Source: Myxococcales bacterium (GTDB lineage: Bacteria; Myxococcota_A; UBA9042). From it: a DNA stretch of 64,000 bases. This document shows positions 38,432 to 55,189 of this stretch, in pieces. Position numbers and translations under genes: made by a program. How positions within the stretch are numbered: the first letter of the stretch is position 1; the number at the start of each line of letters is the position of its first letter. The stretch covers positions 1 to 64,000 of the forward strand of contig JBBISH010000017.1 in assembly GCA_037441385.1 (NCBI GenBank), written 5' to 3'. The notes below the pieces were generated by a model. That model worked only from the letters and a program-made list of their open reading frames with translations. It was not told the DNA's origin and made no database searches.

Positions 38432-38487
38432 CACGAACCCGACCTGATCCGAACACGACCTGATACGAACCCCACCTGATTCGCGCC
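38432..38487 (+). repeat. Three tandem 16-bp copies of the element B left terminus
   Basis: CACGAACCCGACCTGA / TCCGAACACGACCTGA / TACGAACCCCACCTGA, then TTCGCGCC as in copy 3. Confidence 0.8.
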
Positions 38488-38494
38488 TATCCGG

Positions 38495-39513
38495 CTACTC
38501 GACCACGTAGGTGGCAACGGGCTCACTGATCCCTTTGAGGCGCACCACGCCGCCTTCGCGGCACCGCACTTGCTGGCCAACGCGCTGCCACGTGGCAGGG
38601 GCCAGAAGGATTTGGCCGGACTGGGCCGCGCCTTCCAAGCGCGACGCCAGGTTGACCACGCGGCCCACGGCCGTGTAGCTCATGTTCTGCTCGCTGCCAA
38701 AGTTGCCGACCGTACAGGGTCCCGAGGCGATGCCAATTCGCACTTGCACCCCCAACTCGCGGGCGCAAGCCTGCATGTCGACGGCCATCTGCACGCAGGC
38801 CACGGCATCGGCGGCCAGGCCAGCGCTTTCGGGATCGCCAAAGAAGCCCATCACCCCGTCGCCGATGAACTTGTCCAACGTGCCACCGTGGCGGCTGATC
38901 ACGGCGCCCATGCTGGCCAGGAAGTGGTTGAGCCAGATGGCCAGCGCTTCGGGCTCCATCGCCTCGCTGCGCGGAGTGAATTCGGCGACGTCGGCGAAAA
39001 ACACTGTAATGTCCCTGGATTTTGCGGTGATCTCGGCGCTGCGCTCGCCGCGAAACAGCGCGGAGTACACCGGCGGCGACAAATAGCGAGCCAGCTGATC
39101 GGACAGCTGACCCAGCCGATCGCGAGCGCGCTTGAGTTCGATGTGGGTCTGCACCCGTGCCAGCAACTCTTCGCCGCAGAACGGCTTGGTGATGTAGTCC
39201 ACCCCGCCCGCGTCAAAGCCTTGCATCAGGCTGGCGGGGTCATTTTGCGCCGTTAGGAAGATGACCGGCAGGTTGGCCAGCGCCGGCAGCGCGTGCAAGG
39301 CCCGGCACGTCTGGTATCCGTCGAGCTCTGGCATATTGACGTCCATCAAGACCAGGTCCGGCGGGCTGCGGCCGGCGCTGGTCACGGCATCGCGCCCGCA
39401 CGCCGCCGCCGACAGGCGATAGCCATGGGGCCGCAACACCGCCGCCAAAACCTGCAGGTTCTGCGGTGTGTCGTCGACCATCAAGATGCGTGCGGCGTCG
39501 TGCTCCGCCGTGA

Positions 39514-39517
<4 letters not shown>
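38495..39517 (-). CDS. Response regulator fused to class III adenylate cyclase
   Basis: Receiver ILMVDD…LMDVNMP…KPF. Cyclase FADVAEFT, DKFIGD, YTAVG..VNLASRLE. Confidence 0.95.
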
Positions 39518-43569
<4,052 letters not shown>

Positions 43570-43966
43570 CCCGTCACCGCTGCCCCTGCGGCCCCTGTAC
43601 CCGCTCCGCGAATCTTGACCGTGCGATCTTGAACTTCTGTTGAGCAGTATGAACTGTGGTGATGCTGGCGGCAAGTCCATTTCGAAAATTGTCTTGTAAT
43701 GTCAGTGTTTTGACTGTGAAATGGACGGCGAATCCAAGGTCGCCCCGGGCCGGCGGCCCCAGACCAAGCGGGCCCCCAAAGGCGACTTTGCTGTCCATGA
43801 TCCCGCGGTCCACGCAGCCAGTGCCCAGAGCGCTAGTCAGGGTACCAGCGCCACGACCTGGCGGCAGGCTCGGCGGTCGCAACGGGAGCAAGGCTTTCAG
43901 CCTACCAGTAAATAGGTTGACCTGCTTCTACCTTTCGCCAGCCACAGGCCAGGAACACCGCCTGGC

Positions 43967-44285
43967 ATGACTCACCGCCATCAACCCACGGCCCTGCAAA
44001 CGCTTGCCCCTGCTGCCGAGTTCCTGGATCGGCTTGGCCACGCCGTCAAAGCCACCGCGCCTGGCTCGACCGCATCAACCACGAGTTCATCTGCCAGACC
44101 GGCCAATGCGAAGCCGACGCCCGCAACGACGCCCACACCCGCTGCCTCTTTGGCCAGTGGTACGCGAGTACTTCCTTGCCGGTGGCCTGCCGATGTCGGC
44201 TCAGCAGCTCTTGTATCGGGCCAAGCGGGGTGGTCGCAAACGCGTGGTCGTGGACGACGGCAACGACGACCTGCCGAGCAAGTAG
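43967..44285 (+). pseudogene. Probable diguanylate cyclase (GGDEF) remnant
   Basis: SAQQLLYRAKRGGRKRVVV (from 44196) matches the GGDEF C-terminal AD.aLY.AK..GRnrv motif. No GG(D/E)EF motif in any frame of the ORF track. Confidence 0.5.
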
Positions 44286-44372
44286 ACCGCACGCCAACCG
44301 CTTGCCATGTCCAACCCGGCCACGCCGACCGGCGACGGGAACCGTTTGGCAGTGGAGCCGACGTGGCTCGTA

Positions 44373-46397
44373 CTACGCGCTAAAGACCTCGGCCTCGATG
44401 GCCTCGATGCGGCTGGCCAGCAATTCCCAATCGCCCATCGCCGCTTCGACCTTGGTCTTCAGTTCTGCCTGCTCTTGCAGAAGCGAAACCACCTTGGCCC
44501 CGTCGCCATACAACCCCGGGTCGGCCTGCAGCAGCAAGATGTCGGCCAAACGCTTCTCGTCCTTGGCGATCCGCTCTTCGGTCGCGGTCAGGCGCGTCTT
44601 CAGGTCCTTGGTGCGGCGGTGCGCCTCTTGCCGGCGGGTCGCTTCGTCGCGTTTGCGCTGCTTTTCGTCGTCGCGGCTCTCGCTTTTGGCCTCGCCCACG
44701 TCGTTGGGCAAGCCGTTGTCTTTGCGGGCGTCCAGCGTGGGCCGATCCACCGCGCCCCCAGCCAAAAGCCGTTCGAGTTCCTTGGGATCGCCACCGGCCT
44801 TGTGGTACAGCCAGGCGTCGTAGTCGCCGTGGTGCAGGGTCGCCTTGCCGCCGGGCTCGATCTCCAAGACCTTGTCGGCCACCGCGTTGATGAAGTAGCG
44901 ATCGTGGCTGACGATCACCACCGTCCCCTCAAAGTTGGCCAGGGCCTGTTCCAGCATTTCGCGGGTCATCAGGTCCAGGTGATTGGTCGGCTCGTCCAGC
45001 AGCAGTACGTTGGGCGCACGCAGGACCATCTTGGCCAGCGCCAGGCGGGCTTTTTCGCCGCCCGACAGCACCGCCACCTTCTTGTCGACCATCTGGCCAG
45101 AAAACCCAAGGCCACCCAACACGCCGCGCACCATCGGCACGGTGCGGTCCAAAGCCGCCCGCCGCGCCTCTTCGTACACGATGCTACCGGCGTCCAGCTG
45201 CTCCAACTGGTGCTGGGCATAGTACTCGCGCACTACTCCGCCTCCGACGATCACCTCGCCGCCCTGGATATCCGTCACGCCGGCCAGAACCTTGAGCAGC
45301 GTCGACTTGCCGGCGCCGTTGGGCCCGACGAGCGCCACCTTGTCGCCACGCCAGATGGTCAGGTTGCAGTCGGTGTAGACCGGCTTTTCGCCCCAGCTTT
45401 TGCGCACATGCTCGGCACGGAGTACCTCTTTGCCGGTGCGCGCCGGCTCGGCGAACTTGAGGCCGATGTGGGTGGCGTTGGGGCCGTCGACCTCGACATT
45501 CTCTAGGCGGGCCAACATCTTCAGGCGGCTCTGCGCCTGCTTGGCCTTGCTCGCCTTGGAGCGAAACCGCTCGACAAAGGCGGCCAGATGGGCGCGCTGG
45601 CGGTCGACGCGGGCCTTCTGCGCCACCTGCTGGTCCAGGCGCGCGGCGCGACCATCCAAGAAATCCTCGTAACCACCGGGGTATTCCTGCACGCCTTTCT
45701 TGCTCAGTTCGACGATGTGGGTCGGAACGCGATTGAGGAAGTAGCGGTCGTGGCTCACCGCAACGATGGCGCCGGGGTAGTCCTCCAAGAAATCTTCGAA
45801 CCAGGCCAGGCTCTCCAAGTCCAGGTGGTTGGTCGGCTCATCGAGCAACAGGGCATCGGGACGCTGCACCAGCAGGCGGGCCAGGGCCACGCGCATCCGC
45901 CACCCGCCCGAGAGGGTCAGCACATCGCTGGCAATCGCCGCCCGGTTGAAGCCCAGCCCAGAAAGCACGGTATTGGCCCGCACTTCCAGGTCGTCGCCGC
46001 CGAGTTCGTCGTAGGCGTGCATGGCCTTGTCCAGGGACTCCAGCGCCGCATCGCTGCCAGCCCAGGCGTGGTCTTCGGCCATCCGCTCGTGCAGGTCGTG
46101 CAGGCGCTGCTTGGCGCGCCCCCACTCGGCCGATCCCGCGAGTACCGCCTGCAAAACCGTACCCGTTCCAACGTCTTCCACGTCTTGCGGCAGGTAGCCG
46201 ATCCGCAGCGCCTTGGGCTTTTGCACCGCGCCGCCGTCGGCCTGCAGCTCGCCACAGACGATGCGGAGCAGGGTGGTCTTGCCGGCGCCGTTGGGCCCCA
46301 CCAGGCCGTAGCGACGCCGAGGCAGGATCTGCCAGTGCACACCCTCGAACAGCGTCTTGACGCCGTAGCTTTTCGCCAGGTTTTGTAGCTGAATCAT
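44373..46397 (-). CDS. ABC-F family ribosome-associated ATPase (YheS/Uup-like)
   Basis: Two NBDs (GPNGAGKT/S, LSGGW/LSGGE, LDEPTNHLD), no TM, C-terminal coiled coil. Confidence 0.95.
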   Translation of the reverse strand: MIQLQNLAKSYGVKTLFEGVHWQILPRRRYGLVGPNGAGKTTLLRIVCGELQADGGAVQKPKALRIGYLPQDVEDVGTGTVLQAVLAGSAEWGRAKQRLHDLHERMAEDHAWAGSDAALESLDKAMHAYDELGGDDLEVRANTVLSGLGFNRAAIASDVLTLSGGWRMRVALARLLVQRPDALLLDEPTNHLDLESLAWFEDFLEDYPGAIVAVSHDRYFLNRVPTHIVELSKKGVQEYPGGYEDFLDGRAARLDQQVAQKARVDRQRAHLAAFVERFRSKASKAKQAQSRLKMLARLENVEVDGPNATHIGLKFAEPARTGKEVLRAEHVRKSWGEKPVYTDCNLTIWRGDKVALVGPNGAGKSTLLKVLAGVTDIQGGEVIVGGGVVREYYAQHQLEQLDAGSIVYEEARRAALDRTVPMVRGVLGGLGFSGQMVDKKVAVLSGGEKARLALAKMVLRAPNVLLLDEPTNHLDLMTREMLEQALANFEGTVVIVSHDRYFINAVADKVLEIEPGGKATLHHGDYDAWLYHKAGGDPKELERLLAGGAVDRPTLDARKDNGLPNDVGEAKSESRDDEKQRKRDEATRRQEAHRRTKDLKTRLTATEERIAKDEKRLADILLLQADPGLYGDGAKVVSLLQEQAELKTKVEAAMGDWELLASRIEAIEAEVFSA

Positions 46398-46423
46398 GTT
46401 GTTGAGTCTGCTTGGTGGGGTCG

Positions 46424-49400
46424 CTATGGCCGATTGGCGATCGGATAGCCCACGCACATTGGGCCGGTCTGGCCCGCCAGTGACGGCCAGCCACACTTTT
46501 GCGAGCGCGGCGTCCGCTGCGGGATCCGCACCCAATCGGCGGTGTTGTTGCCGGCAGGCCAGAGCCCTGTGTCGAACCCAGCGCCGCAGTAGAAGGCCGG
46601 CTTGCCTGGATCGCCATAGTCGGCGGCCGGGCCGGCGCACAGACTCTTTCGGCGGAGCGCGCCGCCCTGGCCGTCGCCACACGTGGCGGAAACTTGAGGC
46701 TCGGCGGGGGCTTTGCCTTCGGCTTTGGCGGCGGCAGCGCTGCCCCACGCCAGCCGATCGAAGTCCGTGTTGGCGGTGTTGGCCAGACGCAGCGCACCAC
46801 TCGCGCTGGGCAAGCTGAAAGACTTGCCCGACTGGAAGTCCGGCGTGGGCAACGAGGCATCGTAGTTGAGGGGTACCACCAAGAAGTAGCTGTACGGCGC
46901 GATGCTGCCGATGAGCGGCTTGCCCGTGAGCATCGTGTCGGTGAGCGGAGTTTGCTGCACGTCGGTCGGGTTCTGCATCTGCAGCACCATCGCCGCGTCC
47001 AGCGAGGTCTTGCCGTTCACCGTCACCGAGTGTGACAGCTGGATGGTGCTGGGCGACGGGTTGTACAGCACGATGTACTCGTTGTCGGCGGCCAACAGCG
47101 GATTGCCCTTCTGGTTGGTCGCGGCTGGTCCCTCCGTCGCCACTTCGGCCAGGATGACCCTCAGATCGCACTTGAGGGTCTTGGGGTTGCAGCCATAGCC
47201 CATGTCGCACGGTACGCCGCACAGCGGATCGACGCACTGTTCGGACGCGCCCCCCAAGTAGTTGCAGACCAGGCCGTTGGCGCACGTCCCCAAGCACGCC
47301 GGCTCGTACACGCCCGAAGCCAGGGTTTGCGGCGTGGGATCGGCCACGATGAAGTCGGTGCTGTCGTTGTTGGAGTCCAGCGTGTTGCCGGCCAGATCGG
47401 CGCCGCCGCCGGGGGCCATGGTGGCGGCCGTCGCGCCCAGCTTGGCCTTGCGCTCTAGACTGCTGCCCAAATCGGCCACGGGGCTGGCGGCTTTGTACTG
47501 CGGACCGATACCGGCGTTGCTGAAGGTGACCGCCGTGCCCCAGCCGAGCAGGTCCAACTCCGTGTCCGAGCTGGGGTCGTAGATGCGCAGCGCTCCTCCC
47601 GCCGGGTCCAGAGCGCTGGCCGTTGCTGGGATCAGGTCGACCTGACCGTGGACGCGCGCCCAGGCTTGCGAGCCGATCAGGTAGTAGTGCTTGGCCGCCA
47701 GAACCGTGCCCGCAGGGATCGCGACCACGTTGACGATCCAGGGCTTGAAGGCCTCTACGTCGGCGTCCTTCTTCTGCACTTGCCAACCGCTGATATTAAC
47801 TGGCTTGCTGCTGGCGTTGTAGAGCTCGATGTACTGCTCGCCATCGGTGCCAAAGTACAATTCGCTGATGAGCACCGAACCAGTTGGATCGGGGATGCAG
47901 ACCATGGTGCCGTTGCCGCAGACCTTGCCGGAACCGCAGCCAAGGGCGCCAGTCACGCCAAAGGACTCGCATTCCAGGTCGTCGATGCACTTCTGGCTAA
48001 CGGACGAGAAGTTGCACACCTTGCCCAGCGAGCAGGTACCGCTGCAGGCGGGCTCGAACTTGCCGGCGACCAGGCTCTGCGGCTCGGGCCACAAGCGCAC
48101 CAAGAAGTCGTCGGCGTCTTTGCCGGTGTCGTAGCCATTGCCTGCCAGCCACTCGGGCCGGTGCGGCGCCATCGACGACGCCTCGCTTTGGGCGCTGGCG
48201 TGCCGTTCGATCGAGGTGTAGGCCGGCCAGCCCACTTCGGATGCGTCGACCGGCGCCATGCCCACCGGCACCACCGCCGCCTGCCCATCGTCCCAGTTCA
48301 GCCGGTCGTGTTCCAGTTCGTGGGCCACGTCGCGCAAGCGCAGCTGCAGGTGGCGAAGCGAGTCCACGCTGCAGCCAGCCTTGCCGGGCAGATTCTTGAG
48401 CGGCATCGCGAGCTTGAACGTGCTCGCCGCTGTGACATCGACCGTCACGCCGCCCTGGGCCACGGCCCCCGCGCCGAACAGCACATACCGGTGCGGCGGC
48501 AGCGAGGTGCCCGGCTTGCCCTTGGCCAACTGGGTCCAAGGATCCTTGGTGTTGGCGTCAAAGGGCCGTGCTTCCAACACGTAGTCGCCCAGTTGGGCCG
48601 TGCTTTCGGTGGGGTTGAAGATTTCGACCCAGTCGTCCGTGGCGTCGGCTGGGTTGCCGACGAAGACCTCGCTGACGACCAGGTGCAGGCCGCCTTTGAA
48701 GGCGCAGGTGGGGGTCACGTCGGTGCTGCAGTCGGCAAAGGCGCCGCAGTCGCCGGCCACCGGCTTGTAGACGCAGCCGCTCCCGGGCACACAAGCGTCG
48801 GTGGTGCAAACGTTTTCGTCGTTGCAGTCGGTGGGCGTGCCTTTGCAGACGCCGGTGCTGCAGGCGTCGTTGTCCGTGCAGGGGTCCTTGTCGTCGCAGA
48901 CGGCCTGGGTGGCCGTGTGGCTGCAGCCCGTGACCTTGTCGCACGCGTCTTGGGTGCAGGCGTTGTCATCGTCGCACGAAGTCTGGGTGACTCCAGTACA
49001 AATGGTGACCTGGCACACGTCGCCGGTGGTGCAGGCATTGCCGTCGTTGCACACCTTGCCGTCCAGGGGCAGCTTGTTCTCGCAGCCCAGCTTGCCGCCG
49101 CCCGCGGGCAGGGTGGTCGCCGTGGGGTTGCACGGAATATCGATGCACGGTTCGCTGGTGGTACACACCTTGGTGTCGCCCGGCTTGCAGCTGCCAGCGC
49201 CGTCGCAGTGATCCTGCACAAAGTTGCCGCTTTGCGTGCTGTCGCCGGTGCAGGCGTTGCCGTCGTCGCACGGCGTCGTGTTGTCGGCCGGCGTGTGCGT
49301 GCATCCCAGGGATTTGTCGCAACTGTCGGCGGTGCAAGCATTCTTGTCGTCGCAGTTGATCGCGTCCCCTGCGCACTTGCCCGCCTTGCACAGGTCGCCG

Positions 49401-51727
49401 CTGGTGCAGGCCGAGCCATCGCTGCAGGGCAGTCCGTCCAGGATCGCCGGGTCGTGCTTGCAGGCGTCGCCGGTCGTGACGGTGTTGTCGCAGCTGTCGG
49501 CCGTGCACGGTTGGCCGTCGCTGCAGGTGTTCTGGTCGCCCGTGCAGGCCCCGCCGATGCAGCGGTCCAGGATCGTGCAGAAGACTGTGTCGTCGCAAGG
49601 GGTTGCGTCGACGAGGTTGGTCGTCTTGCAGCTACCGCTGGCGGCGTCGCAGGCTGCGGTGCCGCAGGCGCCCGCGGCGGTCGCTTCGGCGGTGCAAGTT
49701 ACGGTCTTCTTGGGGTCGTAGAGGCAGCGCGAACCGCTGTTGCTCTCGACGCAAGTCCAGCCCGAGAAGCACTTGTCGCTGGCCCCGACCTTGGCGAGGC
49801 AGTCGCTGTCGCTCGTGCATTCGCACTGGTCGGCGCCGGACTGGCACTTGCCGGACTTGCACTTGTCCTTGAGTGTGCACGGGTTGCCGTCGCTGCAGGC
49901 CGCGCCGTCCAAGTAGCCGTGCGTGCAGCCGAACTTGGCGTCGCAGCTATCCGACGTGCACGGGTTCTTGTCGTCGCATTCCAGCTTGGTGCCCGCCAAG
50001 CAGGTGCCCACCGCGCTGCACACGTCGCCATAGGTGCACTGGTTGCCGTCGCTGCAGGGTGTGCCGGCCGGCAGGTTCTGGCCGCTGCACTTGCCGCTGG
50101 CTGGATCGCAGGCCTGGGCGACGCACGGGCCGGCGTCGGGGCACTGGACCAGCGAGGCAGGGTCTACGGTGCAGCTGCCCTTGACGCACTTGAGCGTGCC
50201 GTTGCAGGCGTTGCCGTCTTCGAACTGGGCGCAGTCGGCGCCGGTGGTGCAGCCGCACGAGGCTTTGGGGGTGCCCACGCAGCCGCCGCCTACGCAGGCG
50301 TCGCCGCTGGTGCAGGGGTTGCCGTCGTCGCAGAGCAGGCTGTTGGCGGTGTATTGACAGCCCTTGACTTTGTCGCAACTGTCGATTGTGCATGGGTTCT
50401 TGTCGTCACACATGGGGCTGCCCGTGGTGACCGAGCCAGAGCCCTTGCAGGCACCGCTGATGCACAAGTCGGGGCCGTTGCAGGCGTCGCCGTCGCTGCA
50501 CGCGCTGCCGTAGAGCGCCCACTTGTACACGCACACACCGCTCTTGGGGTCGCAAGTATTGGTAATGCAAGCGGTATCTTGGGTTGCGTCGCAGGGCTTG
50601 GGGACGGTGGCAGAGTCGATGACGCAGACGCCCGACTTGCACGTCAGGCTGCCATTGCACAAGTTGCCGTCGTCAAAGGCGACGCAGTCCAGTTTGCTCG
50701 AGCAAGCGCAGGCATTGTCGGCGGTTTGGCTGTCGCACTTGCCGTTGTAGCACGACTCGCCGGCGGTGCAGGGGTTGCCGTCGTTGCACGCAGTGCCCGC
50801 AGCGGCCTTGGTGGGGACACAGCCCTTCTGCGGATCGCAAACGGGGGCGGTGCAGAGGTCGTCGTCGTTGTCGATGCAGGTCACCGGCGAGCCGATGCAA
50901 GAGCCCTTGCCGTCGCACTTGTCGGCTGTGCTGCACAGGTTTTTGTCGTCGCACTGGGCGCCAAAGCTCTGCGGGACGTAGTCGCAGCGGCGGCCGCCGC
51001 TGATGCTCGTGTCGACCAGGCACTTGATGTCGTAGCAGGCCTTGGCGGGCCCCAAGCAGTCTTTGTCTTGCGAACACACCGGGATGTCTTCTTTGGGCAC
51101 CACGTTGCCGTCGGGATACAAGTAAGTGCCGTCGCCCTGTTTCACACTGCCGTCGGGCACTTGCAAAATGCCGTCGGGCTTGATGTCGGCGCCGGTGTCG
51201 GGTGCCACGTCGGCGACATCGGCCACGTCTGGCGGGGGCTCGGCGTCTTCGATCTCGGTGTCCAATTCGTCGGTTCCGTCGTCTAGCGGGATGTCTTCGT
51301 CGGTCGCGTCGGCGATCACATCCGGCGGCGGGGTGGTGTCCGCGGTGTCTTTGGCATCGACCGCATCCGGGGCGTCGGGCTTGGCGTCCGGGGCATCGCT
51401 GCCGGCATCGGGCTGGCCGGTATCGCCGCCGGCGGTGTCTTTGCACTGTTTGGCCGGCGGCTCCAGGCTGCACGGGTCCGGGCAGAAATCCTGAGTCGGA
51501 TCCGTTACGCACGGGCAATCTGCGCCGGCTTCGTCCACGCCATAGGGGTTGTCGTCGCACGGGTAGACCGCCACCGCTGCGTCGGCCGTGGGCTTGCTGC
51601 CGCCAAACCAGCCCTCGATGGTCGAGCAGCCGCTGACCAACGCGGCCAGTGTGCCCAATACGGCAAGCAACCCTGCAGATGGTCTGGGCGATCGGGGGCG
51701 GTGTGGCTCGTACGGCGATGGCATCAT
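46424..51727 (-). CDS. Giant Cys-rich surface lipoprotein with CDDGNxCT repeats and three lamin-tail (LTD) domains
   Basis: Lipobox VSGC, Asp-rich linker, many CxDGNxCT repeats, three LTD starts (VVSEV…[13 protein letters not shown]…YIELYNA; ILAEV…EYIVLYNP). Confidence 0.92.
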   Translation of the reverse strand: MMPSPYEPHRPRSPRPSAGLLAVLGTLAALVSGCSTIEGWFGGSKPTADAAVAVYPCDDNPYGVDEAGADCPCVTDPTQDFCPDPCSLEPPAKQCKDTAGGDTGQPDAGSDAPDAKPDAPDAVDAKDTADTTPPPDVIADATDEDIPLDDGTDELDTEIEDAEPPPDVADVADVAPDTGADIKPDGILQVPDGSVKQGDGTYLYPDGNVVPKEDIPVCSQDKDCLGPAKACYDIKCLVDTSISGGRRCDYVPQSFGAQCDDKNLCSTADKCDGKGSCIGSPVTCIDNDDDLCTAPVCDPQKGCVPTKAAAGTACNDGNPCTAGESCYNGKCDSQTADNACACSSKLDCVAFDDGNLCNGSLTCKSGVCVIDSATVPKPCDATQDTACITNTCDPKSGVCVYKWALYGSACSDGDACNGPDLCISGACKGSGSVTTGSPMCDDKNPCTIDSCDKVKGCQYTANSLLCDDGNPCTSGDACVGGGCVGTPKASCGCTTGADCAQFEDGNACNGTLKCVKGSCTVDPASLVQCPDAGPCVAQACDPASGKCSGQNLPAGTPCSDGNQCTYGDVCSAVGTCLAGTKLECDDKNPCTSDSCDAKFGCTHGYLDGAACSDGNPCTLKDKCKSGKCQSGADQCECTSDSDCLAKVGASDKCFSGWTCVESNSGSRCLYDPKKTVTCTAEATAAGACGTAACDAASGSCKTTNLVDATPCDDTVFCTILDRCIGGACTGDQNTCSDGQPCTADSCDNTVTTGDACKHDPAILDGLPCSDGSACTSGDLCKAGKCAGDAINCDDKNACTADSCDKSLGCTHTPADNTTPCDDGNACTGDSTQSGNFVQDHCDGAGSCKPGDTKVCTTSEPCIDIPCNPTATTLPAGGGKLGCENKLPLDGKVCNDGNACTTGDVCQVTICTGVTQTSCDDDNACTQDACDKVTGCSHTATQAVCDDKDPCTDNDACSTGVCKGTPTDCNDENVCTTDACVPGSGCVYKPVAGDCGAFADCSTDVTPTCAFKGGLHLVVSEVFVGNPADATDDWVEIFNPTESTAQLGDYVLEARPFDANTKDPWTQLAKGKPGTSLPPHRYVLFGAGAVAQGGVTVDVTAASTFKLAMPLKNLPGKAGCSVDSLRHLQLRLRDVAHELEHDRLNWDDGQAAVVPVGMAPVDASEVGWPAYTSIERHASAQSEASSMAPHRPEWLAGNGYDTGKDADDFLVRLWPEPQSLVAGKFEPACSGTCSLGKVCNFSSVSQKCIDDLECESFGVTGALGCGSGKVCGNGTMVCIPDPTGSVLISELYFGTDGEQYIELYNASSKPVNISGWQVQKKDADVEAFKPWIVNVVAIPAGTVLAAKHYYLIGSQAWARVHGQVDLIPATASALDPAGGALRIYDPSSDTELDLLGWGTAVTFSNAGIGPQYKAASPVADLGSSLERKAKLGATAATMAPGGGADLAGNTLDSNNDSTDFIVADPTPQTLASGVYEPACLGTCANGLVCNYLGGASEQCVDPLCGVPCDMGYGCNPKTLKCDLRVILAEVATEGPAATNQKGNPLLAADNEYIVLYNPSPSTIQLSHSVTVNGKTSLDAAMVLQMQNPTDVQQTPLTDTMLTGKPLIGSIAPYSYFLVVPLNYDASLPTPDFQSGKSFSLPSASGALRLANTANTDFDRLAWGSAAAAKAEGKAPAEPQVSATCGDGQGGALRRKSLCAGPAADYGDPGKPAFYCGAGFDTGLWPAGNNTADWVRIPQRTPRSQKCGWPSLAGQTGPMCVGYPIANRP

Positions 51728-51830
51728 GTGGGCGCTTCCCCTGCGACTGGCACAGACCCCTTACGTTACCGCTTGCGGTGGGGTTGCGGCAAGTTCCCGC
51801 CGCCGGCATGCCATTCTGCGCGCGCAGTAC

Positions 51831-51860
51831 CTTGCGGATCGGCAGCGCTCGCCTTACCTT
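51831..51860 (+). promoter_or_regulatory. Candidate secA promoter
   Basis: TTGCGG-N17-TACCTT. Shares the CTTG…CCTTACCT frame with the Hsp20 motif. Confidence 0.4.
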
Positions 51861-51921
51861 ATTTGGCCGCCCGCGCCCGGTTGCGCGTCGGCCGCGCGCC
51901 CGCACCAAGGACCTCGCCTCC

Positions 51922-54900
51922 ATGTTCAAGCAGCTGCTCGCCAAGACGTTCGGTACCAAGAACGAACGTGAAATCAAGAAGATTCGCCCGATCGTCGCCC
52001 AGATCAACGCCCTGGAGCCGCGCATCAAGGCCCTGGACGACGATGGTCTGCGCGCCATGACCGGCACCTTCAAAGAGCGCCTGTCGCGCGGCGCGACGCT
52101 GGACGAGCTCTTGCCCGAGGCCTTTGCGGTGACGCGCGAGGCCGCGTGGCGGCGCCTGGGCCAGCGCCACTACGACGTGCAGATGATCGGTGGCTACGCG
52201 CTGCACAAGGGCATGGTCGCCGAAATGCGCACCGGCGAAGGCAAGACGCTGGTGGCCACGCTGCCCGCGTACTTGAATGCGCTGGCCGGCCGCGGCACCC
52301 ACGTGGTCACCGTCAACGACTATCTGGCGGCGCGTGACTGCGAGTGGATGAGCAAGGTCTATAACTTCCTTGGTCTTTCGACGGGCGTCATCACCACCCA
52401 GCTGGACGAGCACCTGCGGCGCAGCGCCTACAACGCCGACATCACCTACGGCCAGAACAACGAGCTCGGCTTCGATTATCTGCGCGATAACATGAAGTAC
52501 TCGCTGGACGACTACGTCCACCGCTACCTGCCCAGCGCCCACGACGCCAAGGCCGACAAGCTGTTGCCGTTTGCCATCGTCGACGAAGTGGACTCGATCC
52601 TGATCGACGAGGCGCGCACGCCGCTCATCATCTCGGGCCGCGGCGAAGGCACCACCGAACCGTACGTGCGCGCCAACGCCATCGTCGCGTTCTTGAAGCG
52701 CGATCTGGACTACATCGTCGACGAGAAGGCGCACTCGGTGGCCCTGACCGAGTCCGGCGTGGACAAGGTCGAGCAGCGCCTGAAGATCGGCAACCTGTAC
52801 GACGGGCCCAACATGCACTGGGTCCATTACATTACCGCATGCCTGAAGGCGCACACGCTGTTCCGTCTGGAGGTCAACTACCTCATCGAAGACGGCAAGA
52901 TCGTCATCATCGACGAGCACACCGGCCGCAAAATGCCGGGCCGGCAGTGGTCGGATGGCATCCACCAGGCGATCGAGGCCAAAGAAGGCCTGAAGGTCCA
53001 AGAAGAGACGCACACGCTCGCGACGATCACCTTCCAGAACTACTTCCGTATGTACGAGAAGCTGTGCGGCATGACCGGCACGGCCGAGACAGAAGCCGAG
53101 GAATTCGCCAAGATTTACAACCTGGACTGCCTGGTCATCCCCACCAACAAGACCATCCAGCGCAAGGACCACGAAGACGTGGTCTACAAGACCGAGCGCG
53201 CCAAGTTCAAGCGCGCCATCGAGCACATCCAAGAGGCGCACAGCAAGGGTCAGCCGATCTTGGTGGGCACCATCTCGGTCGAAAAGTCGCAGTTCTTGTC
53301 GGACCTGCTGGGCGAGACGGGCATTCCGCACAACGTGCTGAACGCCAAGCAGCACGCCCGCGAGGCGGACATCGTGGCGCAGGCCGGTCGGCTGGGCGCG
53401 GTCACGATTTCGACCAACATGGCCGGCCGCGGCACGGACATCTTGCTGGGCGGCAACCCGGAATTGCTGGCGCGCAGCGAAGTGTTTGGCGGCGGCAAGA
53501 TCCATCAGGAATTCGACGAGGACGACCCGACTTATGTGGAGGCGCTGGCCCGCTTCAAAGAGCAGTGCGCCGAAGAGAAGAAGCAGGTGCTGGCGGCGGG
53601 CGGTCTGCTGATCCTGGGCACCGAGCGGCACGAAAGTCGGCGTATCGACAACCAGTTGCGTGGTCGCGCCGGCCGCCAGGGCGACCCGGGCGAGAGCCAG
53701 TTCTACCTGTCGCTCGACGACGACCTGATGCGCATCTTTGGCGGTGATCGTGTGCGCAAGATCATGGAATTCCTGCGCATTCCCGAAGATGAGCCGATCG
53801 TCGACCGCATGGTGACCAACGCCATCTCCGATGCGCAAAAGCGCTTGGAAGGTCAGCACTTCGATTCGCGCAAGAACGTGCTGGAGTACGACGACGTGAT
53901 GAACCTGCAGCGCAAGGCGATCTACGCCCTGCGGCGCAAAGTGCTGTCGACCCACGACACCAATTCGCTGGTGCAAAAGGCGCTGGGCGAGCTGGTGCAC
54001 CGGCTGGTCGACGTCGCCTGTCCCGAGGGCCAGAACGCGCTGGACTGGGACCTGGACGCGCTGGAAGACGCGATCTTCGAGGCGACCAAAGAGGATTTGG
54101 ACCTGAGCGAGGTGCCGCGCGAGTTCGAGACCATCGAGCGTTCGGTCGAGGTCGCGCTGCAAAAGGAATACGCCGACCGGCGCACCCGCCTGGTGCAGCA
54201 GATTTTGGCGACGATCGACCACGACGATACCCCCGAAGGGCTGGCCGAGGCGCGCGAGCAGGCCGAAAAGCACTGGAGCTTCATGGAGCGCCAGGAGTAC
54301 CTGCAGGGCATCGACACGCACTGGCGCGAGCACCTGCGCACCATGGATGGCCTGAAAGAGGGCGTGTACCTGGAAGCCTACGCGCAAAAGGACCCCAAAC
54401 TCATCTACAAGCAAAAGGGCTTCGAGCTGTTCAAGCAGATGATCGAGCGCATCGAGAATCAGCTGGTCGCGCGCATGTTCGAGGTCGAGGTCAAGAGCGC
54501 CGACGAGATCGAGGAGATGGAGCGCCAGGCCGAGCTGCGCCGCCAGCAGGCCAAGCAGATGATGACCGAGCAGCACCTGAGCCAAGGCCTGCACGACGAA
54601 GCGGTAGCGATGGGCGACGCCGCGGCCATGCAAGCTCAGACGCAAGCGGCGCTGGCGCAGCGGCAAGCGATGGCTCAGCAGCAGATGGCGCAGTTGTCGC
54701 CGGTCAAGCGGCAGGCGCTGCAGAACCGCGCCCAGCGGATGGCGGTGCGCGCGCAGAAGACCGTGGCGGTCTACGCCCAGAAGAAGCAGCAAGCCACCGC
54801 GGTCCAAGCGGCGGCACCTGCGGCGGCGAGCCGTCCCGCGTCGATTGGCTTGCCGCCCGAGTTGTTGGAAGACGAGGACGCCCAGGCGATCGCCCAGCAA

Positions 54901-55053
54901 CTGGCCCAGAGCGAGCCCGCCGCGGCACCCAAGCAAGAGACGGTCCGGCGCGAGCGCCCCAAGATCGGCCGCAACGACCCGTGCTGGTGCGGTAGTGGCC
55001 AAAAGTACAAGAAGTGCCACATGGTGGCCGACGAGGCCGCCGCCGCCCATTGA
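51922..55053 (+). CDS. secA: Preprotein translocase subunit SecA
   Basis: [78 protein letters not shown]. Confidence 0.99.
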   Translation: MFKQLLAKTFGTKNEREIKKIRPIVAQINALEPRIKALDDDGLRAMTGTFKERLSRGATLDELLPEAFAVTREAAWRRLGQRHYDVQMIGGYALHKGMVAEMRTGEGKTLVATLPAYLNALAGRGTHVVTVNDYLAARDCEWMSKVYNFLGLSTGVITTQLDEHLRRSAYNADITYGQNNELGFDYLRDNMKYSLDDYVHRYLPSAHDAKADKLLPFAIVDEVDSILIDEARTPLIISGRGEGTTEPYVRANAIVAFLKRDLDYIVDEKAHSVALTESGVDKVEQRLKIGNLYDGPNMHWVHYITACLKAHTLFRLEVNYLIEDGKIVIIDEHTGRKMPGRQWSDGIHQAIEAKEGLKVQEETHTLATITFQNYFRMYEKLCGMTGTAETEAEEFAKIYNLDCLVIPTNKTIQRKDHEDVVYKTERAKFKRAIEHIQEAHSKGQPILVGTISVEKSQFLSDLLGETGIPHNVLNAKQHAREADIVAQAGRLGAVTISTNMAGRGTDILLGGNPELLARSEVFGGGKIHQEFDEDDPTYVEALARFKEQCAEEKKQVLAAGGLLILGTERHESRRIDNQLRGRAGRQGDPGESQFYLSLDDDLMRIFGGDRVRKIMEFLRIPEDEPIVDRMVTNAISDAQKRLEGQHFDSRKNVLEYDDVMNLQRKAIYALRRKVLSTHDTNSLVQKALGELVHRLVDVACPEGQNALDWDLDALEDAIFEATKEDLDLSEVPREFETIERSVEVALQKEYADRRTRLVQQILATIDHDDTPEGLAEAREQAEKHWSFMERQEYLQGIDTHWREHLRTMDGLKEGVYLEAYAQKDPKLIYKQKGFELFKQMIERIENQLVARMFEVEVKSADEIEEMERQAELRRQQAKQMMTEQHLSQGLHDEAVAMGDAAAMQAQTQAALAQRQAMAQQQMAQLSPVKRQALQNRAQRMAVRAQKTVAVYAQKKQQATAVQAAAPAAASRPASIGLPPELLEDEDAQAIAQQLAQSEPAAAPKQETVRRERPKIGRNDPCWCGSGQKYKKCHMVADEAAAAH

Positions 55054-55058
55054 GCCTT

Positions 55059-55083
55059 TGGGGGCGCCCCACAGCCCTTTTTT
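55059..55083 (+). terminator. Possible intrinsic terminator after secA
   Basis: TGGGG-GCG-CCCCA stem followed within a few nt by TTTTTT. Confidence 0.4.
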
Positions 55084-55189
55084 GCCGCGGCCGATGAACT
55101 TTCCGGCCCCAGCACGCGTCCCAATGCCACCTTGTAGCGTCTAATGCATCAGGGTGTATGATGCGCGCGCGGTTGAGCGGGAGTTGAGG

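Noticed and set aside
38432..38487. Short repeats as a CRISPR array
   Set aside because: The 16-bp units are contiguous with no spacers, no cas genes are present, and they match the element B terminus.
46398..47786. N-terminal 463 aa of the 1137-aa ABC-F ORF (likewise the extension of ccmF to 38023)
   Set aside because: These overlap neighbouring real genes in other frames. Family-typical starts lie at 46397 and 37501.
47648..55050. Long antisense ORFs (47648-51286 +, 51859-55050 -) and similar shadows elsewhere
   Set aside because: They mirror real genes on the opposite strand, which is expected from GC-rich codon bias, and carry no recognisable motifs.
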